64,000 bases of DNA, taken from an uncultured Gemmatimonadota bacterium. GTDB lineage: Bacteria > JAAXHH01. Position 1 is the first letter of the stretch, and every line of letters begins with the position of its first letter. The notes beneath the pieces were generated by a model. It saw nothing but the letters and a program-made list of their open reading frames with translations. It ran no database searches and was not told the origin of the DNA. Below are positions 39,638 to 49,007 of this stretch, piece by piece. The position numbers and the translations under genes were made by a program. The stretch covers positions 544,001 through 608,000 of the forward strand of contig OX638340.1 of assembly GCA_951812955.1 (NCBI GenBank), read 5' to 3'.

Positions 39638-40462
39638 TCAGATCCGAAGCAACAGGGGCAGGAGACTTACCTGGATAAACCTGAGGATCAGGATAGCGAT
39701 CAACGGCGAAAAATCGATGCCGTACGTCGTCGGAAGTAACCTGCGGATCGGTTCCAAAATGGGATCGCTGTACAGGATGAGCATTTGAAAGAGCGCGTTG
39801 CTCGTGTCCGGGTTGAAGAACGAGAGCACCGCGCGTACGAGTATCACGATAAAGAGCACGTCGAATATGAAGTCGACCAGGTAGACGATGCTTCCGAGGA
39901 TCATCCCCGCCGCCGAACCGGCCGCCTGTGCCGCCAGCACGCCGACCTGGTAAAACACCATACCGTGCAGAACACCCAGGAGCACGATGCCCAGCAGTGC
40001 GGAAACGTCCGCGCGACCGATACGGTAGCCGGTGAAGCGGCGGATTGGAGCAAGGAAGAAGTGGGCGATGTTGTGCATCATGTGCCCGGACTGGCTGAAT
40101 GCGAACGGAGACTCGATCGAGATGAAAAAGGCGCCTAGGAACAGGATGGCCAGCACCCGCACTGAAAAATCGAATACATCCAGCAATCCGGAAGTCATGG
40201 AGACGGTGAAGGGGACGCCCATGACGACTGTCGTGAGCATTCCCTGCACTACGACGAGCAAAAGAATGGCAAAGACGGGCGACCAGTCGAAACGGGGCTC
40301 GCCGCGCATGATGACCTGGCGAATCGGCCGCAGCACGGGTTCGGTCGCGGTGTACAGGCCCCTTTGGATCGGATTCTCGCTAAAGGGACTCGCAGCAGGC
40401 ATGAACAGGCGAATTCCGAAGGCCAGCATGTATATGTTGATGATTAACTCGATCAGTCCCAT
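39638..40462 (-). CDS. YggT-family membrane protein (duplicated YGGT repeat)
   Basis: Two YggT-like halves. Start at MGLIELIINIY. The longest ORF reaches 40531. Confidence 0.7.
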   Translation of the reverse strand: MGLIELIINIYMLAFGIRLFMPAASPFSENPIQRGLYTATEPVLRPIRQVIMRGEPRFDWSPVFAILLLVVVQGMLTTVVMGVPFTVSMTSGLLDVFDFSVRVLAILFLGAFFISIESPFAFSQSGHMMHNIAHFFLAPIRRFTGYRIGRADVSALLGIVLLGVLHGMVFYQVGVLAAQAAGSAAGMILGSIVYLVDFIFDVLFIVILVRAVLSFFNPDTSNALFQMLILYSDPILEPIRRLLPTTYGIDFSPLIAILILRFIQVSLLPLLLRI

Positions 40463-40496
40463 GTAGAGTCCCGTTCCATGCCAGGTCGGTGTCGCG

Positions 40497-41186
40497 TCAC
40501 GCCGGGCGTGCGCCGAAAATCGCCGTACCAACCCGGATCATATCCGCGCCTTCTTCAATGGCTACTTCAAAGTCATGGGACATGCCCATGGAGAGAACGT
40601 CCATGCCGATGCCCGTGACACCGGCGGAAGCAATGCGATCTCGCGTATCCCGGAGCATCCGGAAAGCAGGCCGGACATCTTCAGGATCGGGCGAGAAGGC
40701 GGGGATCGTCATCAGTCCCCTGACGGACAGCCCGGAGAGGACGGACAACTGCTCCGCGAGTTCCAGCGCGCGGTCAGGCTCCACACCTGCCTTCGTCTCC
40801 TCCGACGATGTGTTGACCTGGATCAGCACGGGCATGATCCTTCCCGCGGTCTGGAGACGCCGATCCAGTTCCTGTCCGAGCGAAAGGCGGTCGACTGAGT
40901 GGATCATGTCGAAAATCCGCACGGCAGACTTCGCCTTGTTACGCTGCAGCGGACCGATCATGTGCCACGTGGCGCCGTCTTCCGGACGGGCCTTCTCAAG
41001 CGCTTCCTGCACCCTGTTTTCACCGAAATCCGTGACACCGGCCCGCAAGGCTTCTTCGATCATCGCAAGGGGCTTGGTCTTCGATACCGCAATGAGGTGA
41101 ATGGACGAGGCCTCGCGGCCGGTTCGTTCGGCAGCCTTGGATATACGGTCGTACACCCGGACCAGATTGTCTTTGATCGTGGACAA
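40497..41186 (-). CDS. yggS: YggS-family pyridoxal-phosphate homeostasis protein
   Basis: AVSKTKP (PLP lysine), FGENRVQE and HMIGPLQRNK blocks. Start assigned to the TTG (LSTIKDNL) with a GAGG Shine-Dalgarno sequence, giving about 229 aa, typical for YggS. The longest ORF reaches 41246. Confidence 0.8.
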   Translation of the reverse strand: MSTIKDNLVRVYDRISKAAERTGREASSIHLIAVSKTKPLAMIEEALRAGVTDFGENRVQEALEKARPEDGATWHMIGPLQRNKAKSAVRIFDMIHSVDRLSLGQELDRRLQTAGRIMPVLIQVNTSSEETKAGVEPDRALELAEQLSVLSGLSVRGLMTIPAFSPDPEDVRPAFRMLRDTRDRIASAGVTGIGMDVLSMGMSHDFEVAIEEGADMIRVGTAIFGARPA

Positions 41187-41396
41187 AGGATCAGCCTCAT
41201 CGAAAAACAAGTCTGATAATATATGCGACCCGGGACTACGTCGCAATAGAAATCAGAAATTGTCGAGATTGCATCGGTGAACGAGATTCTGCCCGGCTTC
41301 TCCGACTGTAACAAAAGTGCAAACGGCTGCGATGCCGCGTTTCCGGACCGGCCGGCCGGCATGAGTGACGCAGCCTGAAATCGGAAAGGGAACATC

Positions 41397-42938
41397 TTGC
41401 TATCGCGAGTCTCAAGTGGCGCCGTGCAGGGCATCGACGCTATTCACGTAGCCGTGGAAACCCATATCACCAACGGCCTCCCTCATTTTTCCACCGTTGG
41501 GCTTCCGGACAGCGCCGTACGGGAGAGCAAGGATCGCGTGATGGCCGCAATCAAGCAGTCCGGTTTTAACTATCCGTACCGCCGGATCACCATCAACCTT
41601 GCGCCCGCGGACGTGCGGAAGGCGGGTACCTCCTTCGATCTCCCCATCGCCGTCGGCATTCTCGCCGCGTCGGCGCAGTTGCCGGCCCAGTCCCTTGAAG
41701 ATACGGTTCTGCTGGGCGAACTGTCATTGGACGGCGCCCTCCGGCCGGTCAGAGGCGCGCTATCCGTCGCGCTTGCGGCGCGGCGTCTGGGCGCGCGCAG
41801 GGTGATTGTTCCGCGCGAGAATGCCGATGAGGCCGCAATGGCCCGCGACATCGACGTTTACGGCGTACCGACTCTGGAATCCGCGGCCCGCTTCCTCCAG
41901 GGACGAACCGGTTTTGTCCGGTCCCGCCGCGATGCCTGTCAACTCCTCTCGTCCAACGGGGAGTATCCCTTCGATTTCGCCGAAGTAAAAGGACAGGATC
42001 ACGCGAAACGCGCCATAGAAGTAGCTGCCGCGGGATCACACAATCTGCTGCTCATCGGCCCACCGGGTTCGGGCAAAACGATGCTTGCCCGCTGCTTGCC
42101 GTCCATACTTCCCGATTTCACCCTGTCGGAGGCGTTGGAGACTACCCGGATTCATAGTGTGGCGGGCAAGATACCTGCGTTCTCTTCCCTGGTGACCTCA
42201 CGGCCCTTCCGTGCGCCTCACCACACCATTACCGAGGCGGGACTGATCGGCGGCGGGAGGAATCCTAAGCCCGGAGAGGTGTCCCTGGCTCACAACGGCG
42301 TGCTTTTTCTGGATGAACTGCCCGAATTCCGAAAGCACGTGCTGGAAATGCTCCGGCAACCCCTCGAAGACGGAAAAGTCAATCTTTCACGCGCTTCGAG
42401 GTCGCTGGCCTATCCAGCTCGATTTACCCTGGTCGCCGCCATGAATCCCTGTCCATGCGGATACTTCGGCGATCCGGCCCACGAATGCATCTGCCCGCCC
42501 AACCGGATTCATCAATACATGTCCCGGATTTCCGGACCGCTGCTCGACCGGATCGATTTGCACGTCGAGGTACCCCCGGTACCGTACGGGCTCCTCAGCG
42601 GCCGTTCCGGCGGCGAACCGTCCGATCGAATCAGAGATCGGGTCAACCGCTCCAGGGAACGCCAGTTGCCGCGTTTTTCCAACCATCCCGGCTCCTTTGG
42701 CAACGCGCACATGACGCCCCGCGATCTTCACCGCTATTGCAGTATGGACGGAAGCGCCCACGACCTGTTGCGGAGCGCCATCGCCCGTCTGGGTCTCTCC
42801 GCCAGGGCCTACGATCGTATTCTGAAAGTCGCCAGAACCATCGGCGACCTGGCCGGTGCGGAAGAGATCAACGCGGAACACGTGGGCGAAGCTATACAGT
42901 ACCGGTCACTCGACCGCGGCAAATGGATGGACTTCTGA
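41397..42938 (+). CDS. comM: YifB/ComM-family Mg-chelatase-like AAA ATPase
   Basis: N-terminal Lon-like domain. Walker A GPPGSGKTMLA. C-terminal MCM/chelatase-like region with a 4-Cys cluster (CPCGYFGDPAHECICP). Confidence 0.9.
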   Translation: MLSRVSSGAVQGIDAIHVAVETHITNGLPHFSTVGLPDSAVRESKDRVMAAIKQSGFNYPYRRITINLAPADVRKAGTSFDLPIAVGILAASAQLPAQSLEDTVLLGELSLDGALRPVRGALSVALAARRLGARRVIVPRENADEAAMARDIDVYGVPTLESAARFLQGRTGFVRSRRDACQLLSSNGEYPFDFAEVKGQDHAKRAIEVAAAGSHNLLLIGPPGSGKTMLARCLPSILPDFTLSEALETTRIHSVAGKIPAFSSLVTSRPFRAPHHTITEAGLIGGGRNPKPGEVSLAHNGVLFLDELPEFRKHVLEMLRQPLEDGKVNLSRASRSLAYPARFTLVAAMNPCPCGYFGDPAHECICPPNRIHQYMSRISGPLLDRIDLHVEVPPVPYGLLSGRSGGEPSDRIRDRVNRSRERQLPRFSNHPGSFGNAHMTPRDLHRYCSMDGSAHDLLRSAIARLGLSARAYDRILKVARTIGDLAGAEEINAEHVGEAIQYRSLDRGKWMDF

Positions 42939-43056
42939 GCGGGGTACGCGTTCCATAAACAGCTTTGAATCCACCTTGACCCGTGCTATAGTTAACAGGA
43001 TGGAAGAGGGGGGCGCACCGAGCAGACCAATCACCGCAGGCGCGGAGTCCGAATCC

Positions 43057-44187
43057 ATGTCCAGAACTGGAACGAAGTTTATCGGTCTTTCCGTCGTGTT
43101 CCTGCTGATTGCGGGATGTGGATTTCCCGGGCAGGCGGATCCGGCCGTCTCATTTTCCCCGGAACGCTACGCGGCCCTGGTGGACAGCCTTTCCGAGCAG
43201 GGCGGCTTTTTCGACAGCGACAACCTCGTATCGAACGAGGCCGGTTATCTGCACGTTAAGCATGCGCTTAAGCGGATCGGCGTCGAAGGCGGGGTCTACA
43301 TCGGCGTGGGTCCTGATCAAAATTTCACCTACATTGCGCAGATCCGGCCCCGGTACGCTTTCATACTCGATATTCGCCGGGACAACCTCATCGAGCACCT
43401 GCTGTACAAGGCCATCTTCGCCCTGGCGGAATCGCGTACCGAATTTCTTTCCATCCTCTTCAGCAAACCCGTTTCGAACGCCCGATTCACCGGCGGTACG
43501 CCCACAATTGAAGAACTGGTTACGTATTTCGATCGTACCGAAGGGGACGCAGGTCTGTTCCGCCGCAATCAGGAACGCGTTCTGGCGCGCTTAGGTGCTT
43601 TCAAGGTCCTGTCGAGTGAAGCGGAGATGCAGCGGGTGTCCGAACTGTACCGCGCTTTTTTCGAGCGGCATCTGAACCTGAGGTGGGAGTACCGGTCGGA
43701 CGGAGACCGGGGTATCTCCTTTATTTCCTACAAATCGTTCCTGCTGGGCCAGGACCTCGATGGCGTCCACGGGAATTTCCTGGCATCGGACGAAGACTAC
43801 CAGTTCATCCGGGATATGCAGGAGCGAAACGCCATCATACCCGTAACGGGAGACTTTGCAGGCAGCCATGCCCTCAGGGCCATCGGGGATTTCGTTCGGG
43901 AAAGGGGAGATAGAGTATCTGCGTTCTATCTTTCGAATGTCGAGTACTACCTATATCCCGACGGACGTCTTGACGAATTCGCGGATAACGTCCGGTATCT
44001 GCCGACGGACGGCGGGAGCGTACTGATTCGCGCCTTCGTGAATCTGAGACAGCAGGCCCATCCGTTGCGGGTGGAACGGCACCTGATGACCACCGTACTC
44101 CAGTACACGCGATCCTTCAGCCAACTGTACGCCGACGGGGCCTACTCTTCCTACCTGGACCTGGGCGTGAAAAACTACATGCAGTAG
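43057..44187 (+). CDS. hypothetical lipoprotein
   Basis: Lipobox LLIAGC after a hydrophobic signal. GGAG Shine-Dalgarno sequence. The upstream part of the 42856 ORF overlaps comM and is rejected. Function unknown. Confidence 0.55.
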   Translation: MSRTGTKFIGLSVVFLLIAGCGFPGQADPAVSFSPERYAALVDSLSEQGGFFDSDNLVSNEAGYLHVKHALKRIGVEGGVYIGVGPDQNFTYIAQIRPRYAFILDIRRDNLIEHLLYKAIFALAESRTEFLSILFSKPVSNARFTGGTPTIEELVTYFDRTEGDAGLFRRNQERVLARLGAFKVLSSEAEMQRVSELYRAFFERHLNLRWEYRSDGDRGISFISYKSFLLGQDLDGVHGNFLASDEDYQFIRDMQERNAIIPVTGDFAGSHALRAIGDFVRERGDRVSAFYLSNVEYYLYPDGRLDEFADNVRYLPTDGGSVLIRAFVNLRQQAHPLRVERHLMTTVLQYTRSFSQLYADGAYSSYLDLGVKNYMQ

Positions 44188-44189
44188 GT

Positions 44190-45482
44190 TCAGAGCGTCC
44201 GCTCCACCGCTTCCACCGCTTCCCCGAGCACCGTGGCTATTCGTACAATCTCATCCTCGGTGACGGTGTAGGGCGGACTGATCGCGACGTGATCGCCGTT
44301 CACTCCATCCAGGGGACCAGGTGCGCCCGGCATGATCAACACGCCCCGTTCAAAGGCTTCCCGCACCACCCGGCCCGTCACGCCGAGCGACGGATCGAAG
44401 GTTGTGCCCCGCTCAGCGTCCGCCGCGAACTCGACTCCGCAGAGCAGGCCCTTACCACGCACTGTCCGCACCATGGACAGTCCGGTCAGCGCCTGCAGCT
44501 GGTCAAGCAGCGCTTCTCCCATTTCCGCGCACCGTGCAACGAGGTCATGGTTTTCGACATACTCCTGCACCGCCAGCGCGGTGGCGCAGGACAGGGGATT
44601 GCCGCCGTAAGTATGGCCATGCGCGAAGGCCGGCGCGGTTTCGTAGATGGTATCGTAAATCTCGTCCCTTGCGAGGGTCGCGGCGATCGGCGTGTATCCG
44701 CTGCTGAGTCCCTTCCCGGTGGCCATCAGGTCCGGGACGACCCCCCAGTGATCGATCCCGAAATTTACCCCGGTCCTTCCGTACCCGGTGACGACTTCAT
44801 CGACGATCAGGAGAATCCCGTAGTGATCGCAGATGTCCCTGACTGTGCGGAAGTAGTCGTCCGGCGGCGCCAGTCCGGCGGAGGAAGTCCCCAGGATGGG
44901 TTCGACGATAAAGGCGGATATGTATTCCGCGCCGACCTGAAGGATCTCGCGCTCCAGTTCGTCGGTGCTGTGTTGCGATATGTGGGGGAAATCCAGCAGG
45001 TACGGCGTGTAGTCCTTCCTCCAGGCCGATCGGCCCGACATGGACAGGGCGCCGATCGTGTTTCCGTGCCAGCTCTGCCAGCAGGAAATGACCTTGTATT
45101 TAGACGGGTTGCCGGATTCCACGTGGTATTTCCGCGCGATCTTCATCGCCGCTTCCGTGGCCTCCGACCCGCCGGATACGAAAAACACCCGGCTCATCCC
45201 TTCCGGCGCCAGATCGGTGATCTTCCGCGCCAGGTCGATCTGCGGCTGGCTGATGAACTGTCCATAGGCAAAGGTGATCTTCCGGGCCTGTTCGGACATG
45301 GCCTCGGCGATTTCCTCTACGCCGTGGCCGATGCTGACGACGTGCACCCCCGCGCAGGCATCCAGGTAGGCCATGCCTTCCGTATCATAAAGGTAGCACC
45401 CCCTTCCGTGTGATATCCGCGGCCAACGGTCCCTGCGCGCACGGTGGAAGATGCGCTCTCCCGGTTCGCCTCGATGTACCAT
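44190..45482 (-). CDS. class III (omega) aminotransferase, PLP-dependent
   Basis: GxGxYLxDxEGxAYLD N-terminus. VDEVVTGYGRTG (PLP-Lys region). Start at MVH with a TGGAG Shine-Dalgarno sequence. An alternative ATG lies at 45524. Confidence 0.85.
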   Translation of the reverse strand: MVHRGEPGERIFHRARRDRWPRISHGRGCYLYDTEGMAYLDACAGVHVVSIGHGVEEIAEAMSEQARKITFAYGQFISQPQIDLARKITDLAPEGMSRVFFVSGGSEATEAAMKIARKYHVESGNPSKYKVISCWQSWHGNTIGALSMSGRSAWRKDYTPYLLDFPHISQHSTDELEREILQVGAEYISAFIVEPILGTSSAGLAPPDDYFRTVRDICDHYGILLIVDEVVTGYGRTGVNFGIDHWGVVPDLMATGKGLSSGYTPIAATLARDEIYDTIYETAPAFAHGHTYGGNPLSCATALAVQEYVENHDLVARCAEMGEALLDQLQALTGLSMVRTVRGKGLLCGVEFAADAERGTTFDPSLGVTGRVVREAFERGVLIMPGAPGPLDGVNGDHVAISPPYTVTEDEIVRIATVLGEAVEAVERTL

Positions 45483-45529
45483 GTATACTCCAGGATTCGA
45501 TTGCCCACTTCGGAAGTGGTACATCCCAT

Positions 45530-46417
45530 CTACTTCAAAATGCGCTGGTCGCTCAGGTCCTTGCCCCCGACGGTTTCCACGATATTCGCGCCCCGGAAGG
45601 CGACCTGCTCCAGTTCCGAAAAAGCGTTTACTATATGATACTGCGTAGGAAGGTCCTGCCATTCCGCCCGGTGGAACCGCACGCTTCCCCGGCCTGTCTG
45701 CTGCGCCGTCACCCGGCGGTTCGGAGTATGGGAAGGGGTTAAAACGGCATAGGCAGCGTCGGCCCTGCCCCATTCCCCGGTACGTGGTATGTACTTGTAG
45801 TGAAGCGTTCCCGTCAAAGGCTCCTGGCCAGTCTCGGCCGCGACGTCTTCGTCTACGCCGTCCGGCGCAACTTCCACCGCCGCTTCACCTTCTGTCTCCG
45901 ATGCGGGGACTCCTGTCATCTCCGCCAGGCACATGTCCATGAAGACGAAACCGAGCCAGTCAGCCGTGCAGCGTGTGTGCCCGTTCAGGACAACCGGTGG
46001 CTGGATCGCGCAGTAGATCTTCGAGAACCCCAGTTGTTCCCTGCCGGTGAGAATGGGATCGGCAAGGTTTTCCCACAACACCGCAAGGAAGGATCCCCGG
46101 GCACGGTCCCGTTCCCCCGTGTATTCCGCAGGGAAACTCACTCCGAGGGTGTTGTATCCCCTGCCGGCCAGCCATTCGATTTCGGTGATGTAGGAAACCG
46201 TCACGGTAATCACGGGCTCTCCGGCCAGACTGAATCCCTGGGGAAGCAGCGCGTCCAGCTGATCCGCCCTGGTCAGGAAGCTCACGGAATACGAAGTGGT
46301 CCTCGGCGAATCCTTGCAGTCGAATCCGCGCCCGTCGGGTCCCTGCCGGGGTCCCGCCCCAGGCCCGAAATGAGTCGGCATCATATACATACGTCCGGGC
46401 TGAAGCTTATAGGGCAT
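45530..46417 (-). CDS. acetoacetate-decarboxylase (ADC)-like family protein
   Basis: N-terminus MPYKLQPGRMYMMPTHFGP resembles the conserved ADC-family start. Function inferred only at family level. Confidence 0.5.
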   Translation of the reverse strand: MPYKLQPGRMYMMPTHFGPGAGPRQGPDGRGFDCKDSPRTTSYSVSFLTRADQLDALLPQGFSLAGEPVITVTVSYITEIEWLAGRGYNTLGVSFPAEYTGERDRARGSFLAVLWENLADPILTGREQLGFSKIYCAIQPPVVLNGHTRCTADWLGFVFMDMCLAEMTGVPASETEGEAAVEVAPDGVDEDVAAETGQEPLTGTLHYKYIPRTGEWGRADAAYAVLTPSHTPNRRVTAQQTGRGSVRFHRAEWQDLPTQYHIVNAFSELEQVAFRGANIVETVGGKDLSDQRILK

Positions 46418-46442
46418 GGCGCACGCTCACACGAAAATCCGG

Positions 46443-46480
46443 CGGACCGCCTGGGTCGCACTCTGTCGGACCGCCTGGGT
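46443..46480. promoter_or_regulatory. 14-bp direct repeat CGGACCGCCTGGGT x2 (24-bp period) in a divergent promoter
   Basis: Between the ADC-like gene (minus) and the aldo/keto reductase gene (plus). Confidence 0.3.
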
Positions 46481-46618
46481 TTCCATCGGGTTCCGTTTCG
46501 TACCGAATTGCGCTAAAACAGTCCGAACATCCAGTTTTGTCTGGCATTGCATTGGTCCGACTATATACAATTCCTACAGTTCATGTCAAGTTCAGGGTAT
46601 ACCTCCGGCGGGACAATC

Positions 46619-47605
46619 ATGCGGCACAGAATCCTCGGCAGGACAGGTATTCGGGTAAGTGAAATCGGAATGGGCGGGCTGTTCGTTTCAAAGCACGGTT
46701 CGGAACGAGCCGGCGGGATTCGGGCGGTTCGGCGAGGACTGGAACTCGGCATTAACTACGTTGATACGGCCCCGTCATACATGGACTCCGAGGAAGTGAT
46801 GGGTCAGGCCCTGGACGGGGTTGCGCAGAATTACATCCTTTCTACCAAGCTGGGAGGGCGCCCAGATCCCTTCGATCCCCGGGACCGGAAACAGTTGCGG
46901 CAGTCGGTGGAAACCAGCCTGGAGCTGTTGAAGCGAGATAAAATCGATATTCTTATGATCCATGAACCGGATCGTCCCGGCCAGTACGACTGGTTTAACG
47001 ACTGGGAACGGTTTCATGGCCCGGTCTGCGATCTACTGACGGAATTGAAATCCGAAGGCGTAATCCGTTACACCGGCCTGGGAGGCACCACGGCGTATAC
47101 GCTGCCCGATATCATGGCGACCGGCGCGTACGATGTCGTGCTCACGGCTTTCAATTATAGTCTGCTCTGGCAGGAAGCGCTTCACGTGGTACTCCCTGAA
47201 GCGGTGAAACAGAACATGGGGATCGTCGTGGGATCCCCCCTGCAGCAAGGCGCGCTCTCCGCCTGTTTCACCGAGGAGGTGGAGCACGGAGCGCCGTGGC
47301 TGTCCCCACCACGGCGCGAGCAGTTCAGACAGCTTTACGACCTGGTGGCGGAACTGGATATGCCCCTTCCGGAACTGGCGATCCGCTGGGTGATCTCCAA
47401 TCCCATCGTCTCCACGGTCCTGTCGGGTTCGCGGTCGGTCGAGGAGGTAGAACAGAACGTTGGATACGTGGATTCGGGGCCCCTGCCGGACGCAGTCATG
47501 GAACGGGTGCAGGAGATCGCCGACCTGGTGCCTTTTCGGCCCTTCGAGGAGCCCTTTGGCCTGCCCTTCACGCGCGCTTACCGGGGGCCCGGAATGGCGC
47601 GTTAG
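46619..47605 (+). CDS. aldo/keto reductase
   Basis: N-terminus RILGRTGIRVSEIGMG. Catalytic-tetrad context (D...Y...K...H) with IDTAPSY. The longest ORF starts at the TTG at 46547. Confidence 0.85.
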   Translation: MRHRILGRTGIRVSEIGMGGLFVSKHGSERAGGIRAVRRGLELGINYVDTAPSYMDSEEVMGQALDGVAQNYILSTKLGGRPDPFDPRDRKQLRQSVETSLELLKRDKIDILMIHEPDRPGQYDWFNDWERFHGPVCDLLTELKSEGVIRYTGLGGTTAYTLPDIMATGAYDVVLTAFNYSLLWQEALHVVLPEAVKQNMGIVVGSPLQQGALSACFTEEVEHGAPWLSPPRREQFRQLYDLVAELDMPLPELAIRWVISNPIVSTVLSGSRSVEEVEQNVGYVDSGPLPDAVMERVQEIADLVPFRPFEEPFGLPFTRAYRGPGMAR

Positions 47606-47622
47606 ACCGAATCAGGAACAAT

Positions 47623-48975
47623 TTACCGATTATCGGGGCGAACATCCGTCATGCCCAGCACGTTCCTGAGCTTTGCGGCGGCCGTGGCGAGATCATATTC
47701 CGCCGTTACGTGATCGGTCTCGGCCTGTTTCAGGATGAGCTGGGCATCGATGAGTTCGAGCTGCGTGCTGACTCCGCCTTCGAACTGAACCTGGGCGATG
47801 GTCAGGCCTCGGCTGGCCAGTTCAACGGCCTCCGCGCCTGCCAAAACGCGTTCCGATGCTTCCACCAGGTTGAGCAGGGCCTCGGTGACGTCGACTTCGA
47901 TCTGCTTCCGAAGCTGGCGCTCGAAGTATCGTGACAGCTCATAGTCCGCCTGGGCCTGCATGATCCGGCCCGAATTCTCCCTACCGTCAAAGACCGGAAA
48001 CGACACGTTGATCAGCGTGTTCCAGCTCCGGGAGAAATCGTTGAATCCGAGTGACTTGAAACCCGGGTCGTTCACCTGGGCCTGCATGAGGTAGCCGGCG
48101 GAAAGCGATACGTCGGGACGGTTTTCGCCCCTGGCGAGCCGGATGGACGCATCGTTCATCGCCGCCTGCAGTTGGGCGGCTTTAAGGTCCGAACGGTTCG
48201 ACAGCGCCACGGCCACGGCCGATTCGATGTCGCCCGGCAAACCGGACACATCCACATCGAGACTGCCGGTACATCGAATCGGTACCTGCCGCGGCAACCC
48301 AATCAGGCGCTTGAGGTCCGCTTTTGCAATGGCGAGTCGGTTTTTGGCCTGGGTGACCGGCGGGTGGGCGTTGGTCACCTCCACCTTCGACCTGAGCACG
48401 TCGTATTCGGACACCGTTCCGGCCTCATAGAACCGCTGTATGCCTTCGTACTGGGCTACGGCGCGGTCATAGGCCGCCGTGGCGACCTCTACGATGGCTT
48501 CGGCCAGCAGGACGTCGTAGAACCCGTTACGTACCTGGTGCAAGGTGTTTTCGCGCATCTGGTCCGTGTTGGATTCGGAGATCTGTTGATAGAAACGCGC
48601 CATCTTCAGGCCGGCGCCAACCTGTCCCCCCCGGTAGATGGTCTGGGAAAGATCGAGCCCGAAGTTGATCACGTTGTCGGTGCCCACCTTGAAAGTCTGG
48701 CCGCCGAAATTGAACTCCGGCAGAGACCAGTTACGCGTGACCGTACTGCTGAAATCCAACTTGGGCAGCGCTTCGGAGTAGGCTTCCCGCACGCGCGCAC
48801 GCGCCCGGTCTTCTTCAAGCCTGGTGCTCAACAGGGATTCGTTATTCTTCAGCGCGAGTTCGAACGCCCGGTCGAGCGTAAGCACGATCTCATCGCCCTG
48901 CTGGGCGGAAGACGGGAATGCGATGCTTGTCGCGCATGCGACGGACACCAGTGTTTTCAGCATGGCGCGAATCAT
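47623..48975 (-). CDS. TolC-family outer-membrane efflux protein
   Basis: Signal peptide, then two OEP repeats. GGAGG Shine-Dalgarno sequence before the ATG (MIRAMLK). The longest ORF reaches 49104. Confidence 0.85.
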   Translation of the reverse strand: MIRAMLKTLVSVACATSIAFPSSAQQGDEIVLTLDRAFELALKNNESLLSTRLEEDRARARVREAYSEALPKLDFSSTVTRNWSLPEFNFGGQTFKVGTDNVINFGLDLSQTIYRGGQVGAGLKMARFYQQISESNTDQMRENTLHQVRNGFYDVLLAEAIVEVATAAYDRAVAQYEGIQRFYEAGTVSEYDVLRSKVEVTNAHPPVTQAKNRLAIAKADLKRLIGLPRQVPIRCTGSLDVDVSGLPGDIESAVAVALSNRSDLKAAQLQAAMNDASIRLARGENRPDVSLSAGYLMQAQVNDPGFKSLGFNDFSRSWNTLINVSFPVFDGRENSGRIMQAQADYELSRYFERQLRKQIEVDVTEALLNLVEASERVLAGAEAVELASRGLTIAQVQFEGGVSTQLELIDAQLILKQAETDHVTAEYDLATAAAKLRNVLGMTDVRPDNR

Positions 48976-49007
48976 GTTATCCTCCGGATTCACTCTCTGG
49001 CTTCCGG

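Noticed and set aside
42856-43056. N-terminal 67-codon extension of the lipoprotein ORF
   Set aside because: It overlaps the comM 3' end in another frame. A lipobox-containing signal peptide with a Shine-Dalgarno sequence starts at 43057.
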